Shown here piece after piece: positions 27,201 through 40,000 of a DNA stretch of 64,000 bases (position 1 is the first letter of the stretch; each line of letters starts with the position of its first letter). Position numbers and translations under genes: made by a program. This DNA comes from Azolla caroliniana. Its lineage: Eukaryota; Plantae; Polypodiophyta. The notes beneath the pieces are model-generated. The model was not told where the DNA came from. It ran no database searches and saw nothing but the letters and a program-made list of their open reading frames with translations. Location: contig JBHGNT010000021.1 of NCBI GenBank assembly GCA_043228905.1, positions 7,254,001-7,318,000 of the forward strand. Reading direction: 5' to 3'.

Positions 27201-30200
27201 GTAATGAGTGACTACATTCACCTCTTCAATTTTAGCATTGCTTTTCCTCGGTTGAATGTCTGTCTTCTCTTCTATGCAATCATCTATCTTCTTGCCCTTT
27301 CCTTTCTCTTTCTTCCATTTGAAACAATCATGTTTAAAGTGACCCTTTTTGCCACAATGATGGCATTCTACATCTTTACCACGTGATTTCTACGGCCATA
27401 ACTATCAAATTTGCCTCTCTGTTGCGACCTACCCCTAGTATGCAACGCACTAGAGGACTTATTGGATGCATTGTTCTGCCTATTCATCTCTTCCATGAGT
27501 AGAGAACTCTCTACACTGGCATAAAGAAGCATCACATTTGAATTGCTCATAGCACTCTTGAAAGTATCCCAACTTTCTGGCAGGGTGCAAAGTAAAAACG
27601 TGGCCTTAAACTCATCATCAATGATGAATTTCAAGGCAACCAACTAGCTGAAAATGGAATTGAACTCTCAAGTGAGTTGACATGGGTGTGCCCTCTATCA
27701 TGCGCAAATCCATAAGTTTCTTAAGCCAATAAACTTTACTAGCTGCCATCTTTTGGGCATACAGTTCCTCTAAATGTGCATACAGAATAGGAAAAATCCA
27801 AACCTTCAATATTAAACAGCAAGGCATCAAAAATTGACAACTCAATAGTCGAGCGTGCAAGCTCGTTCAACTCTTGCCAATCATCTTGGTCTATATCCGT
27901 GTTTTGCAAGAAGAGATTAGGGCTTTGCATTCAAATAATTCTTGAGACTTGGTTGAGCTGCCCAAAGGAAGGAAAGCTATTCCTAACAAATGGGTATATA
28001 AAATCAAGACTGTTGATGACAAACCAAAGTATAAAGCAAGGCTGCTTGCAAAAGGATATGCTCAAGCTAAGGGCATAAATTTCCAAGAAGTGTTTTCTCC
28101 TATGGTAAAATGACCACTTTGCGAGTGTTATTTGCTATAGTGGCTGCACTTGATTTGGAATTAGACCAAATGGATTTACATACAGCTTTTTTGCATGGTG
28201 ACATTGATGAAGAGCTTTACATGAAACAGCCCAAGGACTTTGTTATTCCTGGAAAGGAACATTTGGTATGTAAGCGCAATAGAAGCTTGTATGGGCTGAA
28301 ACAAGCTTCTAGACAATGGTACAAAAAGTTTGATGCTTTTATACTCAAACATGGGTACAAAAAAAGCCATGTTGATCACTATTTGTACACTAAAAGAGAT
28401 GAAAATGGCAGCCCAATCATTCTTGTACTATATGTAGATGATATGCTTATTGCTGCCAAGAAAAGGAGCATTGTTGATGTCATTAAAAAGCAGTTGAAAT
28501 CGCCATTTTCAATGAAAGACCTTGGGGGAACTGAACATGTACTTGGAGTAAGAATTAGGAGACAAAGAGAGCAGCACACATTGTATTTATCTCAGGAAAA
28601 ATACATTGATAAGGTGTTGGACAGATTTCGTATGGCTGATGCAAAGCCTCTTAGAGTGCCATTACAGCCATATGATATAATCTCTAAGACACAAGAAGCA
28701 ATCAATGACATGCAAGTTGTACCTTATGCTTCAGCTTGTGGTTCACTTATGTATGCTATGGTTGTTACTAGACCTGATATTGCCTATGCACTGGGAGTTG
28801 TAAGCCGATTCATGGCTAATCCGGGCAAGGCACATTGGAATGTAGTGAAGTCTATTATGAGGTACTTAAAATGGACTAATAATAAATGCCTCTGTTATGG
28901 AAAAGACCCATTAGAGCTAAAGGGTTTCTGTGACTCTGACATGGCAGGTGATGTGGATACACAGAAATCCACAAGTGTCTATGTATTCACACTTGCAGGT
29001 GGTGCTATATCATGGTGCAGTAGGCTGCAAAAGGTTGTTGCTTTGTCCACTACCGAGGCTGAATATATTTCAGTCATTGAGGCTTCCAAGGAAGCAATAT
29101 GGTTAGCACGTTTTTGCAGTGAGTTTGGTTTGCCTGAAAAGGCACCTATGCTTGGTTGTGATAGCCAGAGTGCCGTCTGTTTGACAAAGAACGCTATGTT
29201 TCATGCACCAACAAAACATATTGATGTACAACATCACTTCATTCGAGAAGTGCTTGAGGATGGCCTTATCACATTGATAAAGGTCCACACATCACAGAAC
29301 CCTACAAATGTACTCACCAAGTGCTTATTCAAAGCACAACATCAGATATGTATACAAATGGTGGGAGTTACATAGCTTAAATGTGTCATTTATGCCTTTA
29401 AGTGGGAGGTTGTTGGGGTAAAGGCCCTAAATGACCCCCTTATAGTGTATACATGTGTATAGGCCTATTTATAAAGGCCAAAAGTCACTTATCACTTTTC
29501 AATGTGAACTTGGCCAACCCTAAATGGGTCATACAAAACATAAGTTAAGAACTTTTGGGTCTTACATCAAAGGTGAGCTCTTGAAACTGCCTCTCTCTCT
29601 CTCTCTATCTTTTCAGCCATTGCTCTACTCCTGAGTGTTCCTCAGCCCTCTTGAGATCATTTCTGACCCTTTCATATTTTTCTTTAGTTATTTCTTTATT
29701 CTCATTAATATTTCGCATGAACAGTTTTACATGTTTTCCGGGTCTCATAAGTTGTTTGGTCTTTCAAAGATGCTAATTTGTAGTTCTTCTTCTATCTATG
29801 GCCTAATCAAAAAAATCCAGCCAATACAAAGTAATGCCATCCAGCAAACCAACAGAAAGTAATGAATGTAGTAATTTCTTTTATCTATAGAAATGAAAAG
29901 GGAGACGAGAGATTCGAAATTCTTGGAGTGATCGAAAGGTCTATATCCTTCAAATATGGGAAGGTGTTGGATGATATAGACCTAATGAAATCGTATTTAC
30001 ATGCGCATACTTCTGGAATTATGCTTAAAATCTCCTTGCCGGTGTGAAGGCAATATGATGTCAATGCAGATTTGCTCAATTTTTGGTAAATACACCCAAT
30101 CATGCATATAAATCAACCTAACCTTTTACATGGTTTAACCTATAAAAAGACTCCAAATTGCAACTTGTACTATACCCATCCAAAATGACTACAATATCAG

Positions 30201-32902
30201 GCCATTGTGTCAATATTGTTAAACATCATAACTATCACTATAATGCCAATTATCACAATATTCTAATATCAAGATATTCTAAGAAGTTGGCTTCAAGATC
30301 CAGCTTTAGAGAGGATATCATGTACTTAGAGAGTCCTAATACTTCCACATTCATTGCATGACCTCTTCATGCAACCTAAATGATTAGCATTATTTCTTTG
30401 TTTCTACGTAAGTAACCTATTTTCAAGTGAAACCAATTATCAACCCTCTAAATAATAGAATCAAGGTCTCACGGGACCATCATTTAAGTTAAAATAGTTG
30501 CATTCAGTGAGCCACAAGATCCTCAAAACTAGCAAACCATCAAGTTAGTGCCTGACATTGTTCTATTGCTCAAGCTAAAGAAAGAAAAGAAAAGAAAAGA
30601 TCCATAACTGATGGCTGACCTTTCCAGGATTATTTTTCACAAGTGCAGCTCCAACTGCCCCACCAAGTGACCTTCCGAATACAACCAACTTGGTAGTATC
30701 AATGTCAGTTCTTTGCAGTAGGTGGTCCAATGCAGCCTAGTTAAAGTAAACAATTTAAAATAAACAAAAGCCTAAAAAACGAGTTTCAAATGTCTTCCAA
30801 GTTTTATAACCTCTTACTTGTGCATCTTTTATCAAACCATGTTGAGATGGATAACCATCACTTGCACCATACCTGTACCAGGACAGCAATGTTACAGTTG
30901 AATCGATAATAACTTAAAAATAGATGATAATTAAATATGTAAGGTAATGCCCCATGTACCCTCTATAAGAAAGCATGAAGACGTTACACTGCAGGTTTTG
31001 CATCAAATAAGCAATAAACTCAAGCCTATGAGCAATATCTGGATTTTGTTTTATATGAGAGAACAGTATGCACATTTCATATGAATCATGGATCATAAAA
31101 CTGTTTGCGTCTACTCAATACTCTATAAATGCTTAGAGATTGCTATAAATGGTAGGATACTTCCAGCATTTTCCTGGAAAAAAAGGACAGTTGGACCTGC
31201 ACAGAATATCAAATTAATAGCATTAGGAGAATAGAAAAAAATTGTGATTTTGTAGTAATGAGGAGCATCAATATACATAGCACAATCCTAAATATTGTGT
31301 ATAAAGATGATCCACACAAGTCTGGAAATGGTGGATTCCTGTAGAATCCCAGGAAAGTGTAATTGAACAGCCACATACTTGTCAGTTCAGTTATGACGAC
31401 TTACTCACAGGGGGTTCTAATGCATAGACATTCGTTACCACATCGTGGGATATTTCCATAGGAGTTTGCCAACCCATTTTTCATAACAACATTCTATCTA
31501 TTCTTCCTTTGTCACATTCCATTATAGAATATTTCCATAAGATTTCAAAATCCTGGGAAATCCATAGGATAGAACTGACCATAATGCTGAAGGCATTCAG
31601 CAATCAGTAAAATACATGCATATTCAGAGGTTCCAAATTTGCCAGATCACCAATCAGAAAACAAGAGATGCATCCCACGATGACTGTGGCCTTTCTGTTA
31701 GTTTGGATACAGAGCATAAGCTCCTCTATAACTGCTCCTGGCCAACCTTTGTATAAACATGAAGATTAACAAATTGAGCAAATGATTTTACTTCATGCTA
31801 AGAATCAATGACTATGAAAGGATGATGTGGGTATCATTGCTGAATGAGAAAGTTCAGGCTCTGGCTAGTTCAGAAAGTACAAACAAATGGTGGGAAAAGT
31901 TCATAAAGTTTAGATACTCCAGAAAAGACCATGCCGATATTCCAAGGAAAGATTTTGCTGCAAGTCTCCATAGGTATGAAACTTTCTTTCACTCATTTTT
32001 TATCCTTTGGGGGTGTTCAGCTTGTGCATGTGGCAGATGCAGCTAGGAAAAGATTGATGCTGAGTGTGCACTCTGGGACTTATGTTCACTAGATTCAGCA
32101 TGGAGTGTAAATCCTACTGACTTTAAAGTCGACATGTGAAGAGGAAGACCAAGAATATGGCCTGGTCATTCACCATGAAAACGAAAACCCTCATTTCTAT
32201 CACCTCATAATAAGTAGCCTTCAGTACATATGTGAGGTGTGGATAAGATGTAATGAATGAAAGTAGAGGAAAATAGCAAATGGTTGTCCTTGCTTCCCGA
32301 GTCTTCCATGCTCAGGTATGAGCCTGCACTGCTTCTGTAGCTTAGAGATGATTCTTACTTCCACCCTTTCAGTGTGAATACAAGTCTGGTGTGAAACATC
32401 GTGTGTGCCTATCACATTGGCATCATCTCACTTAAAGATGGTAATTTGAAAACCCTAAAAATATATGAGGGGAGTCGGTCCTCCCTGTGAGTACTAGTGG
32501 GTGTACGTGTATGTACATCTACAAGTGCCTATACAGAATTACTGGTTATGAGAGCAGGCCTTAAGTTTTAACATAAATTAAAACTAATCATATAACTGAG
32601 AAAATAAAGAAATAATAATAATTTAAGTTTTTACCAAATCGAAAGACAGAATGGAGATCCAGACCTGTGCAATTAGGGTTAAGCTTGACGAACCAGCAAT
32701 GCAAGCGAACGCGGTCAGAAGCCGTGAGCCATACGTCTTCATAGATTAGTCGGAGTCGATCGGGGGTGATTGTGTAGCTTCTGCTGAGGCCAGGAACGAC
32801 AGGAACATACACAAGTTTCTCTTGAAATGCGACCAAGAGAAGGAGGCATGTGCAGGTGAGGCCCCCTATCCCGTAAAGGACAACTTCATAGAAGCTAACC
32901 AT
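17538..32902 (-). CDS. WAV2: Alpha/beta hydrolase, WAV2/ABHD13 (Bem46) family
   Basis: Minus-strand exons 32902-32665, 31196-31161, 31038-30960, 30872-30818, 30736-30620, 18051-17887, 17789-17538, phase-consistent. N-terminal TM then [37 protein letters not shown] nucleophile, [15 protein letters not shown] and MHMDTW (S/D/H triad). Confidence 0.93.
18121..18484 (+). mobile_element. Two tandem LINE 3'-tail fragments, each ending in (CT)n
   Basis: 18121-18270 and 18391-18484 share ACACTTAAGATGTAATCTCTT...AGGCCATTTT(G/A)GCCTCTTAAAAGACGTTAAT followed by (CT)n, the reverse complement of 701-790. Confidence 0.65.
18560..19248 (+). mobile_element. Degenerate LINE ORF1-like segment, copy A (coiled coil, RRM-like region, IYxDEDLT C-terminal motif)
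   Basis: [20 protein letters not shown] coiled coil, NVRVTGLKE and [17 protein letters not shown]. It is the reverse complement of 20988-21670. Confidence 0.55.
19249..20987 (-). mobile_element. Truncated Ty1/copia element: partial 5' LTR, PBS, gag, protease, GAG-pre-integrase
   Basis: LTR end CA at 20862, PBS TGATATCAGAGC at 20859-20848 (tRNA-iMet type, 1 mismatch), CYQCGRKGH knuckle, [23 protein letters not shown]. Frameshifted. Confidence 0.88.
20988..21990 (-). mobile_element. Degenerate LINE ORF1-like segment, copy B
   Basis: ORFs 21645-21974 and 21104-21325 ([21 protein letters not shown]). On the minus strand it is preceded by AAGATGTTAAT(CT)n. Confidence 0.55.
22030..22390. repeat. 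GC-rich imperfect minisatellite with a CTCGGCCG/TCGGCTTC core
   Basis: Repeated units such as tcggcttctcggccgtggttgggccgactc. Followed by an AACCG-rich tract at 22810-22905, so probably a DNA-transposon remnant. Confidence 0.75.
22911..23658 (+). mobile_element. Ty1/copia pol fragment (integrase C-terminus to start of RT)
   Basis: [58 protein letters not shown] and [10 protein letters not shown]. Confidence 0.9.
23660..27900 (-). mobile_element. Degenerate Ty1/copia gag-pol with PPT and partial 3' LTR
   Basis: [11 protein letters not shown] (gag), [12 protein letters not shown] (protease), [32 protein letters not shown] (integrase), LVLYVDDML (RT), RNase H. PPT AGGTGGAAGG near 23864-23856, with the LTR TG at 23854. 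Confidence 0.92.
27903..29750 (+). mobile_element. Ty1/copia RT-RNase H, PPT and 3' LTR (same family as 22911-23658)
   Basis: ORF 28110-29375 with [19 protein letters not shown] and GCDSQSA. PPT AAGTGGGAGG at 29400-29409, LTR TGTTGGGG from 29411. The LTR end is approximate. Confidence 0.92.
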
Positions 32903-34190
32903 CTGAAGAGGAAGAAGGAGACAGAGAAGCTTCGGCTATGGCGTGTAGAAACAGAGAGAGCTCTGGCTTCTTCTGCGTATTATTCCAGTTTTTGTAAATT
33001 CAGTAAAAATGCCCCTCCAGTCTTCTCTGCTTTTGTTAATTCGGGAAATGCCATTATTCATGCTTCAATCCTCATTTTCATCGATATATGTACATGCATA
33101 CATACATAACATAATCATACATGCATCTATCCACGCGGTCTAATTGCTACCAAATATTAAAGAGGGAAAGCGAGGGAATTGTGGGCACGGACAGTGCTTG
33201 TCGCTTCATCATTTCTGAAATTAGAGATTGAGATGTTTGGACAAATTTTCAAATCAGAGATTTTCTGACATTCTGTTCTGCTTTGCCACCTGCATTACAA
33301 TTAGTAACACACCGGAAATCATTCATGTACTATGTATTTTATTGCGGCCTATTCTTTTTTTCTTTTTGTAAATGCGTGTTTTCCGAATCTGGATTTTGTG
33401 TTTTTGGAATGGTGAAATGGGTTAGGGTTTGACATTAAAATGTTGAAATGGATAGTTAACTTTATTAAACATGTTTAAATCTGAAAATGAATTGTTAAGA
33501 TGGGTTTAAGGTTTTTGGAATCAAAAGATGGGATGATAAAGTTAAAATCAATCAGGGTCATGTAAAGATTTGTATATGTCTTAGGGTTTTGTGTTATCAT
33601 GATATGTAGTTTCTTAATAATGGTAATATGGACTGTTAAAATGGATTTAGGGTTTACATATTTATTTATTTATTTAAAACAAAACATCCTTCCATTAGTT
33701 TTAAAAAATGGTTGCGTTATATATTGCTTGTTAAAGATGGTTGTGAAGTCCAAACACTTTGAAATGGAAGAAGTCGACTAGGATGATGCATATTACTCTG
33801 AAGGGAGTTATGTCACTTCCTCGTACTTTCTTTTGTATAACAATTTTGCATGTGTGCTAACCCTTGTTTTGATTCTACTGGGTTTTTGTTAGAAGGGGTC
33901 ATAGAAAGGACACAACTTCAAAGATGGAGGCTCAAAATAGCATGGACACTGCCATGTTGGACCCCATGACAATTTTCTGATTTCATAGCCATGCCAATTT
34001 TTGTATATGGCACAGATTGTAGTTGCTTTGCTATTTCTATAAATCAACCAATTTATAGAGACCACATTTTGTATATGCCTTGGATTGTATATGAAGGCCT
34101 CTTGTTAGCATAGAACAACAAATGCATCTTATATTTTTTAGACAATATCAACAGTGACATTTTTCTACAAGTCACCGTGTTGGTGATTTT

Positions 34191-34700
34191 GACTTTATAA
34201 AGAGTGTTACGCAATATGAAAAGCCACGGATTTACTTCTTATCATGATAATTCATCTATACGGTTAAGTATTTCTCCTATAATCCATCCCATTTGTTGAT
34301 TGACCTTATAAAGAATGTTACACAATATGTGCAAAAAGCCATGGATTTACTTCTTATCATGATAATTCATCCCATTTGTTAATTGACCTTATAAAGAATG
34401 TTACACAATATGTGCAAAAAGCCAAGGATTTACTTATTGTCATGATAAATCATCTATATTGTTAAGCATTTATTTTGATCGTGATAATTCATCCCATTTC
34501 TTGAGTGATGTGTGTAAAGAATGTTACACAATACGTGTAAAAAGTCAAGGATTTACTTCTTATCATGATAATTCAGCTATATTGTTAAGCATTTCTTCTT
34601 ATCGCGCTAATTCATCCAATTTGTTGAGTGACCATATAAAGAATGTTACACAGTATGTGCAAAAAGTCAAGGATTTATTTCTTATCATGATAATTCATAT
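34191..34700. repeat. About five imperfect tandem copies of an ~80-120-bp AT-rich unit
   Basis: Core TAAAGAATGTTACACAATATGTGCAAAAAGCCA.GGATTTACTTCTTATCATGATAATTCATC recurs near 34191, 34302, 34385, 34507 and 34630. Confidence 0.9.
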
Positions 34701-35299
34701 ATAGTGTCAAGCGCAGAGCAAACTCATCTATATGTATTAAGTGTTGAGCTTATATATATATATATAATACCTACAAAGCCCAATGATAGAACAAACTTAT
34801 GAAATAGTTAAAGTACAACTTTAGTATAATAAATTTCATAATCAAGATGGAATTAGGAAATTCTACAAAGTGTCATTAGATTGAGAAACTCATTGCAATA
34901 TTACTCCTTAACCATGGAATGCATAATTGATTTACAATCAATATGGGGTCACATTTGTTGATTCACTTTGTAAAGCTTGTTACACAACATGTATTAAGTG
35001 TTGTAGTTAGATATTGGAGATTTTGTGATTTGAAGATTTTGCGATCAACATCCAGATTTCCGGAAACCTAGGGGATGCGGGCTGCAAGCCTCTTTCAAAA
35101 CGGATCTTGACGATTTTGCCTCTCGTGCATACACTTACACACGAGCATACATACATACAACATTTATATTTGCTACCAAATAATAAAGAGGTCTAGTGAG
35201 GAAATCGCAATCACCAACGGTGCAAGGCATGTTTTGAAAGGTGTGTGTGATGTGCACCATCAAATCTCTCTATCCACAATAAGTGCGCGCTTGAAAACC

Positions 35300-35675
35300 A
35301 ACCCGGCTCTGACCAACCTCTGTCACGTCTAACCTTGGTAGTGAGATTTTCGAACTCCGACATTGTAATTTCTAACCTGGGCACATCTTGCCATGACATC
35401 ACCTAACCTAGACTATGTCAACCTAACTCGGGCATTGTAATTCTCTATTCTAACCTGGACTATGTCAATCTAACCAGGGAAAATCACGCCACATAACGCG
35501 GCAAGGATAATTCCCTGAGCCTAACCCGGACCATGTCAACCTAACCTAGGTATGCATTGTGATTTACCAAACCTAACCCGAATCTCGTAATTTTATAACT
35601 TTACCCCCGGTCCTTTGAACCTAACCCAACCCTTCCTACCGAACCTGGGGTTCAAACCTAAACCTAACCTAGGCA
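35300..35675. repeat. Degenerate AACCTAACC-rich repeat tract
   Basis: Many taacct/aacctaacc motifs embedded in ~30-60-bp units (e.g. gactatgtcaacctaac). Confidence 0.6.
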
Positions 35676-38256
35676 AATTTGCACTATTGCTAAAAACCTT
35701 CACATTTGTTATTTTTTTTGCCTATTTTTGAATTTTTAAAACCTGTTGCACTAGCACTTGCACCCACGTGAGATTGTATTATGCACTGACATATAATAAG
35801 ATAGTAGATAATGAATTGCTGACATGGACACAAACACTTACATATGCATAAGCCCATATAGGCGAACACTGATCAACACTAAACTTTCCTTAAACCTTGA
35901 GGATTTCACTGTCAACAAAGAAAATAGATTGAAGAAATATCTTTGGTATTCTTCTAGGGATCTTCCGATTAGCAAAAAACAAGCGCTCTCTGAAAGAAAG
36001 CGTTTGTGTAATTTACTTCCATGCATCACATTGATCCTTCTCTTGTCTTAGAATTAGAAACCCAAGCTAGAATTAATGCTTGAAGAAACCTACCTTCGAT
36101 TTTCAAGTCCATTATCATTCATCCTGGTTATACACTAAATAAGATTTGTAGAACCATTTCAACATCTCTAAGCATACACTTCTTGTTGGGTCTATCCACT
36201 CAAGTGGAGCCCACAACCAGCTGAGGTCGAAGAGCCTACTTAGAGCTGGCTGAGAATCGACAGGAAGTCGAGAGACGGCTGACAGCCACCTACAGGCTAA
36301 GCTTCGAATTGGCTGAGTGCCGATTGGGCTGAAAAGGGAAAAAGATATAATTAAGTATATTAACATATACCTATTTACAAATATATACACATACGTGTGG
36401 ACATGTATGTATGTATGTTTTATTATATTGTTTTGGTGTGTCTTTTCTGTATGTCCAAGTGTGAAAACATCTACGAAAAGAGACGTTACTCTACAAGGCT
36501 GAAGGAAGAGGGGCAAACACAAAACAACTTGATAGAGAGCAGAAAAACAATAGATAAGAAACAAAAGAGAGCGCTGAAAAAGAAGCGAGATAGAACTCAG
36601 AGATTGAGACATCGAGTGAAAGAGAGAACATAGAGAAAAACAAAAAATAGAGAAACAAATAGAAAACGAAAGAGAACAAGAGGAAGAGCGTTCTACGAAG
36701 TGGAGGAGACAAAGTCTTGTGAGGAGTTGGTCGTGCTGACAGAGAACCACGACCGTGCAACACCTCTCCTGTCTACTCGCATCAGGTTACTTCATTTCAT
36801 GGTTGTTTTCTTGTTTCCTATTTTGCTAGATTTTCTATCCACCCAGTTGGGTGAAGAATTGTAAGGTTATTTTCTTTGATTTTTCCACCCAATTGGGTGA
36901 GGATCGTGTTGGGAATTCGGTCTCTCCGGATGGGATCCGGTGAGAACCGGAAGAGATCCGAAAACCGAATCGGTGGACCCGGTGAGAACCGAAAGAGAAG
37001 ACAAATTTGTAAATATGTCTTGAATAAGCCCATTGAGGCTATATTTGTAAATGGCCCTAAGTTCATATAACTATAAATATGACTTTGGGCAATCACTTTG
37101 GGGGTGTGATTGTGTTGAGTGTGTGATATTGTTGTAACTGTTGTACAGAGAGAGAGAGAGAGAGTGAGAGAGATGTTACCCGTTCCTTTGGGTGAACACC
37201 TTCGATAGATCTGCGTCTATCGGTCTTCAAGGGCGTGGTACGTGAAGGCTCGTAACAGAGGCGTCGAGAGAGATACAGGGCTCAGAGAGAAAACACTAGT
37301 GAGGTCTTGATAGACGTGGCGGCGTGAAACTCATAGGTATGGATCAAAGCACAGACTCATGGAGCAAAAATAGGCACAAATCAGATATATTACTATGACA
37401 GAAAAGATTACAGAACACGGCCTATGGCCGGTGACCTTATGAGTTTGTCTAATTACGAAGGACTAAGCTAGTGCTTCCGCCTATAGTTTTTCTTCTCCCC
37501 CCCTCTGAGGTGTTGGTCCTCGTTTAAATAACTTTTCCCCTAATACACAACTGAGCCGTCGGTGGCCCGTGATACTCGGACTCGGCGTTTGCTAATTTCC
37601 TAATTTTACATTTCTGTCCTCTGTGTTGAGAACTCGACGTTCCTTATGTCCGACGCTCGGCCACAACCGAGATTCTTTTCATACACAGAAAAACAGGTAA
37701 TGAAACGCGACACAAAAGAGGAGAAATGGTACACAGGAGGTATACGTGGAAAACCCCTTGATCGGGGAAAAAACCACGGCAGCCCACAAGCTGCAAACTG
37801 TCACTATGTAGAAATATACAACAGTGAGATCACCGAGGCAACGATCTCGTGCTCTCAGATCTTCGCCACAGGCGGCGGTTACAACAGAGGCAACGACCTC
37901 GTCTCTCGCTCTCTCTCTCTCTCTCTCTCTGTACAGTTACGCGCTCTGATTTCTTCTTGCACCAACAACGAAGAATAATCACAAAACGACAACTGCTCCA
38001 AAAAAAAACTATAAGTTTGCCCTAAGTCATATTTATACTAATATGACTTTTCGGCTATTTACAAATGTAGCCTCGATGGGCTCCATCCGGCTCTCCGCAG
38101 TCGGGTACTCCTCATCCGGTTCATACCGGGCCTACACCATCCGACTCTCCGCAGTCGGGTACTCCTCATCCGGTTCATACCAGGCCTACACCATCCGACT
38201 CTCCGCAGTCGGGTTCTCCCCATCCGGAGCGACCTGTCTTCCAACAAACTCCCCCT

Positions 38257-39939
38257 TCACTCCGGCATGGGGTGTCTTTCCAGCCCGATCCTCTTCCGGC
38301 ATGCGTCCAGCTTGTCGGGTGTCAGCACTTTGGTCAGCATATCTGACCCGTTCTCGGCCGTGTGGATCTTCGCCAATGCGAACTCCTGGTCATCTACCCT
38401 TTCCCGGATCCAGTGATACCTCCGCTGGATATGCTTCGTCGGGGAATTGTAGGCCGCATTCTTGGCAAGGTGGATGGCACTTTGACTCTCGCAGTAGAGT
38501 CGGTATTCCTCTTGCCGGATACCGAGCTCCCCGATGAAGTCCTTCATCCATAATATTTCCTTGCCGGCTTCCACAACCGCCATGTACTCCGCCTCTGTGG
38601 TTGACAATGCAACCGTCTTCTGCAGCCTCGACTGCCACGAGACAGCTCCCCTTGCATATGTCATCACATACCCGGATGTAGACCGGCTGGTATCCACATC
38701 AGCCGACATGTCCGAATCGGTGAAACCGTCTAGTTGAGGTTTTCCGGTGCCGAATCGGAGACACATATATGAAGTGCCCTTCAAATACCGGAGTATCCAT
38801 TTGACCGCGTTCCAATGCTCCTTGCCGGGATTACTCATGAACCGGCTCACCACTCCGACTGCGTATCCAATGTCCGGTCGGGTACAAACCATTGCGTACA
38901 TCAAGCTCCTGACGGCAGAGGCATATGGAATCTTCATCATATCTGCCTTCTCTCCCTTTGTCTTCGGGCTTTGCTTGCCGGACAACTTGCAGTTTGCCGG
39001 AAGTGTCGATCCGACCGGTTTTGCATCTGATATGTTGAACCGGTGAAGCACCTTTGTCACATACTTCTCCTGTGACAGCCATAGTTGCTTCACTGACCGG
39101 TCCCGAATGATGTGCATCCCCAACATCTGTCTTGCCGGACCTAGGTCTTTCATTGAGAAGGTCCAGTTGAGAGCCTTCTTCAGCATCCGTATTTTGCCTT
39201 TGTCTCGTCCGACGATCAACATGTCATCCACGTACAGGAGGAGTATCAGGAAGTCCCCTCCTTCGAACTTCTTCACAAACACGCAGTGATCGGCCTGCGT
39301 CTTGTGGTACCCTTGATCGGTCATGAAGGAGTCGAACTTCCGATACCATTGTCGGGGAGCCTGCTTCAGTCCGTACAGGCTCTTCTTCAACCGGCATACC
39401 AGGTGCTCCTTCCCTTTCTCCACAAATCCTTCCGGTTGCTGCATGTAGATTTCCTCTTCGAGGTCGCCGTGGAGGAATGTTGTCTTCACGTCCAGCTGCT
39501 CTACCTCGAGATCCATGCTTGCTGCTATACTCAGCACCGTCCGGATGGAGGTCATCTTTACTACCGGGGCGAATATTGTTGGTAGACAGGTCCCTCCGGA
39601 TGGGAAGGGAGAAGAACAGTGCCGACGAACAAACTCGGCCGAGGCCGAAACGGTATGAACCGGATGGGGAGAACCCGACTGCGGAGAGTCGGATGGTGTA
39701 GGCCCGACTGCGGAAAGCCGGATGAGGAGTACCCGACTGCGAAGAGCCGGATGAGGAGTACCCGACAGCAAAGAGCCGGACGGGGAGTTACCCGACTGCG
39801 GAGAGCCGGATGGAGCCCATCGAGGCTACATTTGTAAATAGCCGAAAAGTCATATTAGTATAAATATGACTTAGGGCAAACTTTTAGTGTGTGTGTTATT
39901 CTTTTTGTTGGTGCAAGAAGAAATCAGAGCGCGTAACTG

Positions 39940-40000
<61 letters not shown>

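Noticed and set aside
34191-34700. Repeat array considered as CRISPR-like
   Set aside because: Long variable units, related intervening sequences, no cas genes and a eukaryotic context; this is an ordinary minisatellite.
33140-35210. Shared TTGCTACCAAATA.TAAAGAGG motif near 33144 and 35170 as Helitron 5' ends
   Set aside because: Only about 25 bp of similarity, and no matching 3' hairpin plus CTRR could be established.
35300-35675. Interstitial telomere
   Set aside because: The motifs are scattered AACCT/AACCC variants, not tandem CCCTAAA; more likely transposon subterminal repeats.
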